DNA from: Polymyxa betae A26-41 | Taxonomy: Eukaryota; Protista; Endomyxa: Phytomyxea | Reading direction: 5' to 3' | Assembly (NCBI GenBank): GCA_003693705.1 | Contig: RBZT01000646.1 | Span: 31,228 to 95,227, forward strand | Length of the DNA: 64,000 bases | Shown here: positions 27,638 through 41,058 of the stretch, in pieces | Position numbering within the stretch: the first letter of the stretch is position 1 | Layout: each line of letters starts with the position of its first letter | Notes under the pieces: model-generated | The model's input: the letters and a program-made list of their open reading frames with translations, nothing else | The model's database searches: none | Told to the model about the DNA's origin: nothing | Translations under genes and position numbers: made by a program

Positions 27638-30600
27638 TTATTGAGATCGTTTGGAACCAGATTGGCCAGTGATCGTTAAAATTGTACGAAACAGGGAATC
27701 AGGGGTCAGGCTGATGGAATCGATTCCTAGTTCAATCAAAGACTTGGCAATTTCAGGGTAATCCGAAGGTGCCTGGCCACATATACCCGAATGGGCATGA
27801 TTGCGCTTTGCACCTTCTACTGCCATCTTGAGCATTCTCTGGACAGCAGGATTTCGCTCATCGAACAAGTCGGCAACCAGTCCAGAATCTCGATCGCATC
27901 CCAAAGTCAATTGAGTCTATCATAAGTTTCAAATTGAATCTGTTCAAGAGAATCGAAGACAGACGAGGTCATTTGAGCCAATAGAGATCCCGTCAAATGA
28001 TTTCAGAAATTCGTCGATCTGGATGACATTGGATGGGATTTCGCACATCATATATATTTTCAGGCCGTTCTGCCCTCTCGCAAGCCCATGCTTCGCCATC
28101 ACTTGAATTACCTAACGTTCATTTTCATCAAGATGAAAGACCAAGTGTTGAATTTTACAAACTTTTTCGGCTTCTTCTGTAGTTCGGACGAAAGGAACCA
28201 TAATGATGACATTAGTCAAACCCATGCTGTTTCGAACACGATTTAACGATTTACATTCTAAAGTGAAACCTAACATGCAAATTACAAAGATTTTGGGAGT
28301 AATCATAGTTAGATCCGACCTTCGACATAGTTTGGATGGGTGTAGCGTGAAGCTCCTCTGAATCCAAGCATCGGGTTCTCTTCTTTCGGTTCAAACGAAT
28401 CTCCACCAATTAGCTTGGCATATCTAAAACATTATCAGATAGGAGTTGAACGAATCAGTGTGTTGACTCGTTTGTTTTGTAATCTGACAGTCGCACCACA
28501 ACCGGTCGTGGATAAAACGCAGCTGCGATTGTACCAATTCCTTCTGACAGTTGTCGGACCATATAATCAGACCCAGATGTATAGTTCTGAATAATGTTTT
28601 TGATCGTGCTCAGATCCTTTGGATTGCTAACACGCTCAGGATGAATGAGAGCCATTGGATGAATCTATTCAACGTTAAACGAACCTAAACAAGAGAAAAA
28701 AAACACCTTGATGTATTCGCTGATGATGAATTCCATCCGAGCTAGCCCAACTCCATCACAGGGAAGAAACGATAAGCCAAATGCCAAATCGGGATTGCCA
28801 AAATTGATCATCATCTTGGTGCTGGGCCTTGTAATCGCGGCCAGGTCAACCGTTTCGACGGTGAATGGAACTTTCCCATCAAACACATAGCCTATATGAA
28901 ATTAAACAAAGCACAATGGAACGCACATAACAGATGGGATCGACATACCGATCTCTCCTTGACAGCAAGAGACCGTAACTATAGAGCCTTCTTTGCAATT
29001 TGATAGTGCATTGTCTGTGCCAACTATAGCTGGGATTCCAAGTTCTCTAGCGACAATCGCGGCATGGCAGGTCCTGCCGCCGCGATTCGTCACGATTCCA
29101 ACAGCCATCTTCATCACTGGTTCCCAATCAGGCGTCTACAAGCTCATGTGAAGGAAGGTTTCATAGCTGGCATTTCTTAACTGTTGTATCTGCGATCAGA
29201 ATGTCTCCTAAACAACTAGTAAGGGTTTGTTGAGTAATCCAGAATCCTGCCAACCTGCTCTGAATTGACCTAGATCGACGGCATTGTGGATTAGACGAGC
29301 AATGCCCGTTGAAACCTTCGTCCCTACTGCTCGGCCAATGGCCAATACATTTTGTTTTGGAGGTCCTTATATCAGCGTAACTGCTACGTTAATCGATGGA
29401 AGATATCACTACCTTCAATGGTATACTGCTCATACGTGTTGAGTTTCTTCTGAGAAACGACAGTTTCTGGACGAGCTTGGACGATGTAAAGGCTGTGGTC
29501 GACCCCGTCTTCAAAATTTGAGAAATACGTTGCAGCATTTCAGGTCCATCAATCATCTCTTACCCAAAGCCCATTCGATATCCATTGGGCAAAATGACCC
29601 GCCTCTGGAGTAATGGTCTTCGATTTTGATAGCACAGTCAGCAAGCTCCAAAACCTGATAAATTTCATTCAGAATCATTTTTTGGTAGGACTGTAGCGTC
29701 AACCTGAGCATCATTTAAGCAGAATAACTTTCGCTTAGCAGCCGGAGTCGGGAAATTTTTGGTGGGCTCTCTGCCGGTGCTGAACACCATGGTCATTTGT
29801 TTTCGCCCAGCGCTCCTTCGCAAGACGCAACGGAATCCCTTCTTGAACGTCGGTTTATGAACGTAATATTCATCGGGATCGACGGTTCCTTGAACGACCT
29901 GAAGCCTTAAGTGCAGTGACAAAATCCTAAAAACATTACATTTTCGCCGAGGCCAAATGCCCCGGTGATGAAAACGGCATCCTTGTATCCAGTCTCGGTG
30001 TCAATTGAGAACATCACACCAGAGCAGGCGAGATCTGATCGGACCATTTTCATGATGCCGATCGAAAGAAACACCTAGTGGAGCACGATCAACAACCGGG
30101 AATCCAAGATTTGCATCCCAGCAGAACTTTGAAATGGTCGAATCCTTGGTCGATTCGATACGATATCGCACGATCCGTAAACAAGGAAGCCATACAGCTA
30201 GCAAAGCAAGATTATTCGATATTTGTTTGTTCCAAAACGAGTAACCGTTTGATGGCGTCAAGCAGCTGGGTTTCACCTTCTATGTTCAGATATGTGTCGT
30301 GCTGCCCACTTTACAGAACGTCAAAGAACAAGCAATCAAATCCGACAATGTTTACGCGAACGACGCTGTGGGGAGATCTTCAGCAGTAGCTGATGAGCGT
30401 ACAGCAACCGAGATGCAATGATCATCTATAAATGTGAATCAGAAGAGGCGAATCAGTGATGAAAACAATTTCACTTCGCCCTTCTGAGTACTCGTCGTTC
30501 AATTTACGATATGCCTCAATGATTTCTTGCGTATGATCTGGCGTAAGACCAGCCTTATAGACGGTATCTCGACAAACTCGACCGGCGATCGCCAACCTCT

Positions 30601-30973
30601 TGACAAAATCAGGCGAAGACTTATCGAGTGGATCAAGAGTCTCATGCAGCAGGGCGAGATTCTTCTCCGTTAATCCCGCTTTAAAAGCCGCTATCGTGAC
30701 CGCAAACCTAGAGCCAGGTCACTAAATCCTCCAAGGTATCGCTCTGACAAACCCGTTTGGAATTCGAACTCCAACCTTTCTTAGGTCCTTGTACATCTCA
30801 CCTAACGAAGCGTTCTTTCCTCCTACTAAAGCTACATCCTTCATGGATAGGTCCTCGAAAAAGATAACCGCCGCTGCGGCAGAGAATCAGGAAGGAATTC
30901 ATCAAACGTGTCGACACCTACGTTCTGCGCGTTCGGCTCTGGCTCTCGACATGGTTTCCGATCGTGAACTCAT
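27638..30973 (-). CDS. ppsA: Phosphoenolpyruvate synthase (pyruvate, water dikinase), bacterial type, many introns
   Basis: [27 protein letters not shown]|[39 protein letters not shown] (phospho-His), [18 protein letters not shown] and [12 protein letters not shown]. Confidence 0.95.
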
Positions 30974-31715
30974 TTCTCGTGCTGGAAAAAAATAGCGAAT
31001 TTCAAGGTGCGGCTTATGAATGCCGATTTCGGTCATGCTAGATAATTCGCTGGCACCAGTCGGCCAGAAACTGAAGGCGGACTGTTCAATGACGCTCTCT
31101 CCTTGAGCGGCTCAAGTCTATACAGTCTTGGAATAACAGTTCATACAGATCAAAGTAAGAAGCGGATTGGCTCTCTTAGACTATGGCGCCGCCATGAGCC
31201 TATCATCAATGATAACCCACAATCTACTACAAATCCTGCATGAGTGTATAGGTCATAGCAACTATATCCTTCGTCATTTGCCAATATCTCATCTCTGTAT
31301 CCTTCGTATCACGTATCTTGTGAAAGCGTTGGACCGTGTCAAAGGTCAACAGCATTGATAAAGCCAGAATGCAGGTGTAGAGTACAATTTGGCGCTTTTT
31401 AAGAAAATCACGGAGCCAGGAACTCTATTCCAAATAAGAAGACGGTCAATGGACGCATCCTTCTGATTGAATTATCATCGATGAGTTATGGAGCAATCAT
31501 GTTCATAGAAGTATTAATTGATAAGATATTATACATGGAATGGTCGTCTTAAGCTGATGATACCGAAAACCCAGCAAAATACATAGATCGGTTGGCAAAG
31601 ATTGGCTGAGAGAATTTTCGATCCCACAACTCCAAATCAAAAACGATTTAAGTTGATTCTGCTCTCACGGTTTCAGAAGAGGCGCACTGCTCGGACCTTT
31701 GCAGCCCTAGACGCG

Positions 31716-32142
31716 ATGGATAACAGCAATTCGAGGAAAGGAGGCACGACGTTCGACAGAGACGGTAAGGGTTTGAGAGCCATTGTCGGCTATGTGCTAA
31801 GATCCTGTACGATAGGCGGGTTTCAACAGCATAATGCTGGTGATGATATGGAGTCGTTGTGGGTGAAGCTGGCCAAAGGCGGCGTCGCGACTGCCGGCGT
31901 GATACTAACCGGTGGCGTGGTGATTGCTGGCCTTGTATCTATGGCCCGAGGAAATGCTCGGCAGTCTGCGACTTCGATGGGTCTTCGAGTCGCCGCTCAA
32001 GGTATGGCAACCATGAAAACTCTTGACAGGAAATTTCTGATATGTTTTGACTATAGGAGCGACAATCGCAGGCTTATTGGGATACGCTTTGTACGAAACA
32101 AGCCGATCTGCAGAAGGAAAGAGTTCGGATTCGAATCATTGA
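31716..32142 (+). CDS. HIG1 domain (Rcf1/HIGD) mitochondrial membrane protein, 3 exons
   Basis: GVILTGGVVIAGLVSMARGNARQSATSMGLRVAAQG|ATIAGLL matches the HIG1 pattern (Q..MR.RV.AQG). Confidence 0.8.
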
Positions 32143-32789
32143 TGCATTGCTGGGTCTTATCCCTACCAAAATGTCAAAAGTATTTGGTCATCTTTCCATT
32201 GTCGTTGAGTGGCCATTATTGCTTAAAAATAGACAATTGATGGGTCTAACGTCTTCACGGATTCGAATTTTCAGCCTTAAAAAAGCAGAAAAATTTCACC
32301 GGTTTTGCCAACAATACGCCGCGAATCGGTTTCTGGAGAACAGACGCAAGATCTATTTTTTGGTTTCAACTACACTCCAGGAATCAACATATCTTGCTGA
32401 AGTCTTTCGATAACACATTCTGGTAGGTTTGAGATTATCCCACTACCGAATGATGGACTAGATTTCTAAATAGATTAGATTTCTGATGCACTCAAGAAAG
32501 CCGGGACTGAATTCTTTGTTAAAAACCGCTCAATGATACCCAGAGAAACTGGTTTTCAGAATTTGAGTTATACAGAAAAATATGTTATCTGAAGTAGAGA
32601 TCCGTTCCAAGAGCACTCTGCCAACACGCTTCGATTTGCGAGAATCAATACAGCAACGATGGGATATTAACAGCAATTCAGCCAAATACATATGCAGACG
32701 ACAGCTTTGAGCAATGGCAAAGAGCATTGTGTATTTGCTGAATTAGTATGAAAATTCAGAAACTTTTCGCATAGGTTAGGGGTATCGTC

Positions 32790-32799
32790 TATATATAAA
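32790..32799 (+). promoter_or_regulatory. Putative TATA box of RPS25
   Basis: TATATATAAA about 70 nt upstream of the ATG. Confidence 0.5.
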
Positions 32800-32867
32800 G
32801 AGCGTAGCCCAGGATTCAAGTCCGTCACGGAGTCCGACTTCATCGTCTCGAATCAGTCTTTGTAAGG

Positions 32868-33191
32868 ATGCCGCCCAAGACCGAGCAGAAGTCGAAGGCT
32901 GCCAAGCTTTTGGCCGCTCAATCGTCGTCCCGATCGAAGCAGAAGAAGAAGAAGTGGTCCAAGGGCAAGGTCAAGGAGAAGAAGGACAACGCCGTCATCT
33001 TCGATGCCGCCCTCTATGAAAAGTTTGTCAAGGAGGTCCCTAAGATGAAGATGATCACCGTCAGCCAGGTCAGCGAACGTCTTCACGTCAGCGGCAGCCT
33101 GTGTCGCCGGGGTCTGGAGATCTTGGAGAAGGACGGTCAGATCATCCCGATCGCCAAGCACTCTTCCCAGCGTATTTACACCCGAGCCTAA
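32868..33191 (+). CDS. RPS25: 40S ribosomal protein S25 (eS25), intronless
   Basis: KKKKWSKGKVKEKKDNAV...ITVSQVSERL...HSSQRIYTRA. Confidence 0.97.
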   Translation: MPPKTEQKSKAAKLLAAQSSSRSKQKKKKWSKGKVKEKKDNAVIFDAALYEKFVKEVPKMKMITVSQVSERLHVSGSLCRRGLEILEKDGQIIPIAKHSSQRIYTRA

Positions 33192-33906
33192 ATTACATAT
33201 AAAGCTGCCAAGACCAATTTGTAATCTATATTTGATTCAATTGCTTTGCTCCAAAGCAAGAGAAACTCTTGTCGGTTTTTTGCCATTTCTTAATCATTAA
33301 CGGCGGTTTTATTTGAAGTGTTGCCGTTATTGATCGCTTGATGGGTATTTATCCACGACACGCTGAATTGCTTGATGCTGCAGAAAACGATAACTCGGTC
33401 TGAGCCGGAATTTACTTCGACCATCGAGAAGCAATTGCTTTTTCTATCCAACATGAAAGTTCTGATTTTATCACAACTATTGGAAGGTAGAAAAGCTTGC
33501 AGGCCGGATATATAGATGGTTAAAACAACATCGCTTGGCTTCATAAATTGGCAACATCCCAAGAATAAGATGGGGTAGCGACATCGCCTCAGAAGCGAAT
33601 ATTTGGAGCACTTCAAACGAAAATATCGTTTAAAACACGAATGAAATGACAATTTCTAAAAGTGTTCTGAATACTGTAAATAATCTCAAGGAGAGTAAAT
33701 GGCCAATAAACATTGATTTTATAAATTCAGGTCAAGGGATAACATGTTGAAATCCGTCGACTGAAATGCCCCCTATGGAATAGACAAATAATGATTGAGT
33801 GAAAACCTGTACAAAGTTATGTCTCGAGAACGCCTGACAAAGTTTCATGAACTGCATCTAGTTGAATGGAATGCTGCAGATCGCCTGAATTTGAGAATTT
33901 CTGGCA

Positions 33907-33912
33907 TATAAG
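33907..33912 (+). promoter_or_regulatory. Putative TATA box of eIF1A
   Basis: TATAAG followed by a GC-rich stretch, about 90 nt upstream of the ATG. Confidence 0.4.
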
Positions 33913-33998
33913 GGGCGCGGCCTCTTCCGGACTGCGCCCTCATCTAGAATTATTAGAGAGCCAGGGCAGATTTCTATCGCTTGGCACGCGCTCTCATC

Positions 33999-34406
33999 AT
34001 GCCGAAGAACAAAGGCAAGGGCGGCAAGAACCGCAGGCGTGGGAAGAACGAGAGCGAAGAGAAACGCGAATTGACTGTCAAAACTGACGACCAGGAGTAT
34101 GGCCAGGTTGTTCGCATGTTGGGGAACGGCCGTCTCGAGGCGAACTGTTTTGATGGCAAGCTGCGTTTGTGTCATATTCGGGGCAAGATGCGAAAGCGTG
34201 TCTGGGTGAATCAGGGCGACATCATTCTGATCGGGTTGCGTGATTTCCAGGATGGCAAGGCTGATTGCATTCTCAAGTATACCAGCGACGAAGCTCGTGC
34301 TCTGAAGAACATGGGCGAACTTCCCGATAATGCCCGAATCAACGAAACCACCGGGTTGGGCTCCGATGATGAAGAAGAAGTTAACTTCGTTTTCGACGAG
34401 ATCTAA
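33999..34406 (+). CDS. EIF1A: Translation initiation factor eIF1A, intronless
   Basis: [17 protein letters not shown]...[13 protein letters not shown]...[12 protein letters not shown]. Confidence 0.98.
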   Translation: MPKNKGKGGKNRRRGKNESEEKRELTVKTDDQEYGQVVRMLGNGRLEANCFDGKLRLCHIRGKMRKRVWVNQGDIILIGLRDFQDGKADCILKYTSDEARALKNMGELPDNARINETTGLGSDDEEEVNFVFDEI

Positions 34407-34610
34407 GCGAGGTCAAGTCTGGTGTCGCCTAAGACTCCGGGAGTCAGCTTATGTGATTTATAGAGCCATTATCTCTCTTTATTTCCATACTAAAGTCTAA
34501 ATTAGGTCATATTTCGCTTTTGATCTCTTTGTGTGGTATTGTTCAGAAATCGAGTGAGTTTTTATTGCCAATTCAAGGCTTTCGCATTTTTGAAGGGATG
34601 GTCGCTGCGC

Positions 34611-35054
34611 TTATCTGGTAGTACTGACAAACTTCCAGACAGCAACGCCAAGCATACAAAGAATTATCAAGGCGCAGACAACCAGAACGACGAACACCAT
34701 TTTGCGATTTTCCGCGCTGCTGAAGTCACTATCATCGTACTTTTTGGATTTCTTTGCTTTGCTGTCCTGTACGGCTTCGTGGATTTGGGTCTGTTTCTCA
34801 TTGAACTTCGGCGCAGGGGTTCTGGAAACTTCCTTGAAACTGGATAATTCATCTTGATTGTTCGATGTGAGCTTAGCACTTGGAGCCGGCGAAGGTGCCG
34901 GTCCAGGGGGTGTCAAATTTCCTTGCTGGACAGTTGGCGGCTCCGAACGTTGGCTTCGAAATTGCGCCAAAAGCGGATTGCCTGCTTGCTGACAAAGCAC
35001 GTCTCTCGGCAGAAACAGCAACAACAGGCCTGCCAACCGTAGCAGAGGCGGCAT
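34611..35054 (-). CDS. Small type I membrane protein (signal peptide, Pro-rich ectodomain, C-terminal TM)
   Basis: MPPLLRLAGLLLLFLPRDVLC signal, PPGPAPSPAP linker and MVFVVLVVCALIILCMLGVAVW TM; intronless. Confidence 0.7.
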   Translation of the reverse strand: MPPLLRLAGLLLLFLPRDVLCQQAGNPLLAQFRSQRSEPPTVQQGNLTPPGPAPSPAPSAKLTSNNQDELSSFKEVSRTPAPKFNEKQTQIHEAVQDSKAKKSKKYDDSDFSSAENRKMVFVVLVVCALIILCMLGVAVWKFVSTTR

Positions 35055-35269
35055 ACCGGTGCCTCAAAGAATTCGGAACTGCCGAAACCATGCTTCTGCT
35101 TCCGAAATGGGAAGTGGCGTGACTCAACTTCGCCTTGTTCGCCCGGCTTGCTATTGGGACCTAACTTTTCCTTTGAAGGTTCCTTACAGTCTCGCTAGGT
35201 AGAAGCCAACGAGAGTGTAGGCCATAACACTCTATAGCTGCTGTTGCAAGGTGTAACGTAACACCAGTC

Positions 35270-37030
35270 ATGGAAAACGAGGGCAACGTGGGCGACCTCT
35301 TGATGGTCATTATTGTTTTAGAGGTTGACAATGAGGATAGCTTCTGGTTGTGGCAAAGCTGTTAGACGCCATCGCAGGGCTGTGACACATGGTGCCGAGA
35401 CTGCCTGTGACCAGATCGATTTATTCCAGTTCACGCCTAAACCGATTGATTTCCCGAACCCGTTGTCATTTCAGCTTCTACCTGTCGACGCTATCAACGC
35501 GCTGGTAAGGACATGATTGGTGGCGTGGTCAAGAATAAATCCAATTTTAGAAGCTAATTTTGACGAACCGGTTCGAATCTTAATAAATATGTTTTGTTTG
35601 TTCATTATTTTTCAGCGATTTGCTTTCTCCAGGCATCACTCAGGAACCAATACAAGTTTGTGAGCAGAGTGGAGATGAATGGCTCAGGACCGTAAGTTCT
35701 TCTTGATGTTGATTCACTTTAACCCAACTGCTGTAGCATCAGGTTTTACGAATAACTGTTTTCAGACTCTGTCATGGAGATCTACCGACTTTTGTGCCAA
35801 TTGAATCTTACTCATGTGTGTCAAATTACTGGTCTCGGAAACTCTGTTAACCTTGTTTCAGTTATGCATGATCAATCTCAATCTAACAGTTCAAATATAT
35901 TCTCCATTGTGCATGAAAGTGCATTTGTCGAGCTTTTGAACGAATTCGATAGTTATCGACATATGGATCGTGCCATTCTAATAACATGGTATAATGGTTC
36001 GTGGCGACTTCAAAGCGTTCACGTCACGATTTAGGGGATCTGGTACTCCACAACCTAGACTTTGCTGGAAACGATTAGTGGCCGATGGAAACGTTTCAGA
36101 ACTGATAACCGATCATTTTTCGTTGAAGCATTATCATATTCATGGTGCCATATCTCTCTCCACGAAGGTTTCCCCTTCCCTGAAAATTAAAATGCATTTT
36201 ACGCCTGCACCTCACAAGGGATTGATGAATGTACTGCACTTTGTTTGGTTCAAAGACTTCTATATCGAACTGACCCAAAAATAGCTTCAACTGCAGACAC
36301 GACAAGAGATATCGACTCTACAAATTCAGTGTGTATCACAGGTAGAGCCTTCCGATGTTTTTGAAGGTTTCATTGCTGAGATTAAAATTTTAGCACATAA
36401 TCGATGACGATGACGACACAACACTAACAGATTCTGGAATTGGCTGGATTGAATCTCGACCAGGTCCAAGGGTTTCACCTCAACGGCGCAAACAAAATAT
36501 CGTCAAAGGAGAACTCACCACATCGCCACTTGTGGCTCTTGGAAAGGTTTCAATAATTTCACCTCAAGCACAGGATCTTAGGGAATTTGCAAAACTTCCC
36601 GTCTCTCTGCAAATAACGCCGATTAGGGAATCTAAAACACTATGCACTCTGGATGACGGTGAGTATTCCGAATCAGGGTTCATCATCCGACTCAATCTGT
36701 GAAGATTTCGAGAGCCGATATTGCGGTTTACCCAAACGAGACAAGATACAAAAACTTCTATTCAACAAAGTTAGAAAAGTCTTTCTAGATCGTCCCAGTG
36801 GATTGACACGACGGCAAATTGAACGAATCTTTAACCAATTTAAAAAAGCAAAAGTTAACGGTGGGTTATCTGGGATACAAAAACCGGTTCTCAATTCCTT
36901 TCAGAGGCCATCAATAAGCTGCTCTTGAACAAGATGGTAACGTGTACACCAGCAGGTCTGATTCGTCACCGAATTCATAACAAATATCCTGCACCCCGTT
37001 GTCTGCGACGGTTACGACTTCCGGCAATTT
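35270..37030 (+). CDS. Hypothetical multi-exon protein, possibly divergent HORMA domain plus C-terminal winged helix; ends approximate
   Basis: Spliced EWLRT|HQVLRITVFRL...PIESYS and ILITWYNG|SGTPQP; C-terminal KVRKVFLDRPSGLTRRQIERIF...EAINKLLLNKMV. Confidence 0.35.
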
Positions 37031-37223
37031 GATCGTAAAAACATCAAAATATAGCAGACGTACACCAGCTTTTAATAAAGAGTCCCCGGCGATGGCGCTA
37101 CAAGCAGTCGTGTCGCCCACAAACATTCCACCAGATAGGAAGTTCTGAAGAATAACATACGGACTAACTGACAGCACGTCAGTAGCCTGACTAAAGTAAG
37201 GTAGCCGACAGGCTACAGATTTT

Positions 37224-39160
37224 ATGAAGGCTGGCGATCGATTCGGTCTAGATGGCGACGACGACGACTTCGACGACGTCATAGGCGATAATGTATCCCT
37301 GATCGATTTGCTGGCGGCTCAGCCTCGGGATGAATCCATGTCTGTCGAGCTTCGAGACTGGGGTCAAACATCCTCACGTGATTCTCATAGCGACCATTTT
37401 GTGTCGGCACCAGTCTATGATAAGTTCAGCTGGAAGCGGCTGTTTGTCTTCATGGGGCCTGGATTCCTGGTTTCGACCAGCTTTTTGGACCCTGGAAATT
37501 TTGACACTGATATTCAAGCAGGAGCTCGATTTGAATACGAGCTCATCTGGGTTCTAATCAGCGCTACCATGTTGGGGCTACTGCTTCAGAATCTGGCCGC
37601 CAAACTTGGTGTGGTGACAGGTTTGTTATGGCTGTCTTCTTAGATTGAGCTTAATAGTGTACAGGTTTGAATCTTGCTGAGGTATTTGGTAATCAGAAAC
37701 TGACTTCCACATCGTTGAAAAGGTGTTAGATCTGTGCACATCAATATCCAGGCAGATTAAAGTATGTCCTTTGGTGTATTGCTGAAATTACTATTATAGC
37801 AAGGTAGATATTTAAGGTTTTCAAATATGGTCCGGTTTTAATTTGCAGCAAGCGACATCCCCGAGGTGATAGGAACCGCATTCGCATTGAGGTTTCTGTT
37901 CAATTTCCCGCTCTGGTTTGGGGTCATTGTCACCTCAGCCTCAGTGATGCTGTTCCTCATGGTGAATTTATTCGGAGACCGGAATCTAGAATTCCTGATC
38001 GCAATACTTATTGCAATCGTGGCATTTTGCTTTGTCGGCGAACTTGTCATGAGTTCTGTCCAACCGTTAAAATTGCTTCGTGGGGTGATACCAACCTTCA
38101 ATCTGTCAGCGATTTACGCCGCAACATCGCTTATTGGATCGGTTGTGATGCCTCACAACATATTTCTGCATTCAGCTCTCGTGCAAAGTCGTTCCGTTCG
38201 ACGAACATTGCCTGCACTTCGCGAAGCTTGCTTTTACAATCTCATCGAATCCTTTCTTGCTTTGACCATCTCTCTTCTAATCAACATTGCTATACTCTCC
38301 AGTAAGCAATATGCTCTGTTTGGGATATTTAAACAACTTCCTTTTCTATTGACAGCAGCCTCTATGCTTCCAACGCTAACTGATTTTATAGTGTCTGCAG
38401 CTGAATTCTACCCTAATGCAGACGCTGGGCTGCTTAGCGCTCCTTCTCTACTTCAGAAGATTTTGAAAGGGTAAATTCTCAGAGTTACTTAACAGCTTCC
38501 GTCATCAATTTTTCAGGAAATCCGCGCCCACATTGTTTGCTGTGGCACTATTAGCTTCGGGACAGAGCTCTACAATGACAGGAACGTACGCAGGGCAATT
38601 TGTTATGGAGGTTATCTATATGTTAAGCGGGTCGCATTCAATCGCTGATAGTGCCTAGGGATTTATTCAGCTCAAAATGTCGAAATGGGCCCGAGCCATT
38701 ATCACGCGTCTGTTGGCGATTCTACCCAGTTTAACCATTGCTCTGATTGCTGGCGAGAAGGGTGCCGATGGGCTCATTATTTTATCACAAGTGCTTCTCT
38801 CAGTATTGCTACCATTCTCACTTATCCCCTTGTTGAAGCTTACCAGCTGTCCTCACAAAATGGGAGCGTTTGTTAACTCTACTGCGGTAATGCATTGCTT
38901 TTTATACATTCCTGCTTGTTAAAGAAAAGTTTTAGACAAAGACGGTGATCACTGTTTTGGGAACTGGGGTCACCTTTGCTAATTGTATGATGGTTGGAGG
39001 CGAGATCGTTCCGCTGTTGGCAAATCTGTCTGGTGTGGCATCTGTACCCTGTGCACTATTGGTCGCCTCGGTTGCGATAGCATATCTCGCTCTGCTTGGC
39101 TATTTGCTTATCACGCCTATTTCGAATTCACATTCTCCTCTTGATATAAAACCTTCGTGA
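37224..39160 (+). CDS. NRAMP (SLC11) divalent metal transporter
   Basis: [38 protein letters not shown] and [18 protein letters not shown]. Confidence 0.95.
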
Positions 39161-39376
39161 GAACTCACTGTCAAACAATTCTGCTCCCCATTGTATTATA
39201 AATTAGATTGAAAATCGGTATTTTGATGGTTGTACTCCAGAAGGGCATAGAGATGACATTAAAGCTGGGCTGACCAACATTTTGTACAGGCAGTAGCCAC
39301 TGTTGATCATGGTACTAAAAAATTAGCATATTACGTACCACTAAAAAGATGAGGTGTCGCAGTTTCAATAGTTTCA

Positions 39377-40365
39377 ATGTCGGACCAAGCTGATGATGAC
39401 GACGCTTTCAAAACGGCGCTGATCACGGTCCAGAACAGAACCGTGGCAATTCCAGGGGCAGGCGGCGTGCTTCATATAGAGCGTTGCGGTTTCGAGCCGG
39501 CCCTTCTGATCGAATTATTCGATGGCCTCTGCCTCTGGCGCGCTGTTTGCACCAAATCTGTCTTCGAATTTCATGTATGAGCAAATACAATTACTTCCAT
39601 AACCGTTTCACAGCTAGAATGGATTTCCTTTTATTCAAGTTCTTTTTTAATGATGATGCGCTAGATTTTGTATTCTAACATTGATCAGTTTCACAGAAGA
39701 AAAAGGCTCAGCTGGATCTCTCTTGGAGTGCCTTGTTTCAATTGTTGAACAAAGCTTTGGATTCGGATCCCGCTTTGGTATCGATCGGATCAAGGTCGAT
39801 TAACGATAACGTTGACCTTTGGTTCATTTACAAGGTACTGGAATGCTGCCAGCTGTGCTAATGTAAAACTCATCAAAAGTTAAATAAATAGGTTAGCGAT
39901 CATGTGGCAATGAGGGCGTCATTCGAATTGGATCCAGCCTCTCTTGATAAACAGCCGCTAGAGTCTCGGCTTTTCGAGATCATGCTGGCCCAGATTAGGG
40001 AATCCGCATCTGAGCGCAAAGGTTCCTTCTATATCGTGTGATGCCCATTTTGCTGATAATTCGATGGTTTAGTTTTACAGGAACGGATCGTTTCTCTTGA
40101 GCGCCAGGTTCAGGCTGTCGAAAACATTGACAGGATCGAAACAGCATTGTCACCAAAGAAGTCGCCGTTGAAAGCTCGGCTACATAAGCGAACTCGAAGG
40201 TATCATCTCTGTGATGATTTCTTCTCTGCATCATGTTTATGTTTTATAGAGTTCGCGCTCCTGAGATTGTACCGAAAGGAACCAAGCTGAAGGAAGGTTT
40301 CTGACGCTATTGCATTCGTTTGAAGTAGCCATTATGCTTCTGTTTTCACAGACGGGACGAGATGA
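39377..40365 (+). CDS. XRCC4/XLF/PAXX-superfamily head-domain protein (putative NHEJ factor)
   Basis: LLIELFDGLCLWRAVCT resembles XRCC4 FVITLTDGHSAWTG. VAMRASFELDP...RLFEIML resembles VSFRLGSFNLEK...RELI. Short basic tail. Confidence 0.45.
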
Positions 40366-41058
40366 GGCAATAGGGTTTTTGCATCAGACCATGAAACCGA
40401 TTGTGATCGGTTCTATCGAATGGTCTTTCCAGATTCATATGAGTATTCCTACTAAGGCTAGCAATGAATCCTTTAAACCAGTTGTTTTCTCGTGGTACCT
40501 CGATTTACATGGTACTATGATTTTTGTCGTTTGTGGGTTTTCAGATGACCAAATCAATTTCGCCAATGGATAGGCCAAAACTGCTTGTCTGCACTGGTTT
40601 GCAGCCAAAATTGACTCTGCTCAAGTTGTTGTCAGAGACGTTAGCCGATTGAAACGTACTGAAACTCGTAAGTTCATGATCTCCATCGAATTCGCATAGC
40701 CTTTGCAATGGCAGATAAACGCTGTCATCGATTAAAGGCTTCTTGAGTCACTTCTGGCGGAATTGAACCACGAAATTGATGCATTTGCAAATGCATTCTT
40801 AGTGACAGTGGACAAATAATCAGTAAATCTGGCTTGAAAAGCCCACACTCGGAAAAAACTTGACCGAATCGGAGGCTGCGCCGCCCGAAACGGGCTGATT
40901 TCCCGCCATATAATGATACTGAAGCATCGATTTGGCGCCCGATGACGCTTTGGCGGGGGGCTGACGGCCCCTACCAGGGGGCGACCTTTTCGCGGGCCTA
41001 TCACTGTGTACGGTCGGTGACCAGCATGGGTGGTCTTCCCTCCATAGCCTATTCGATT

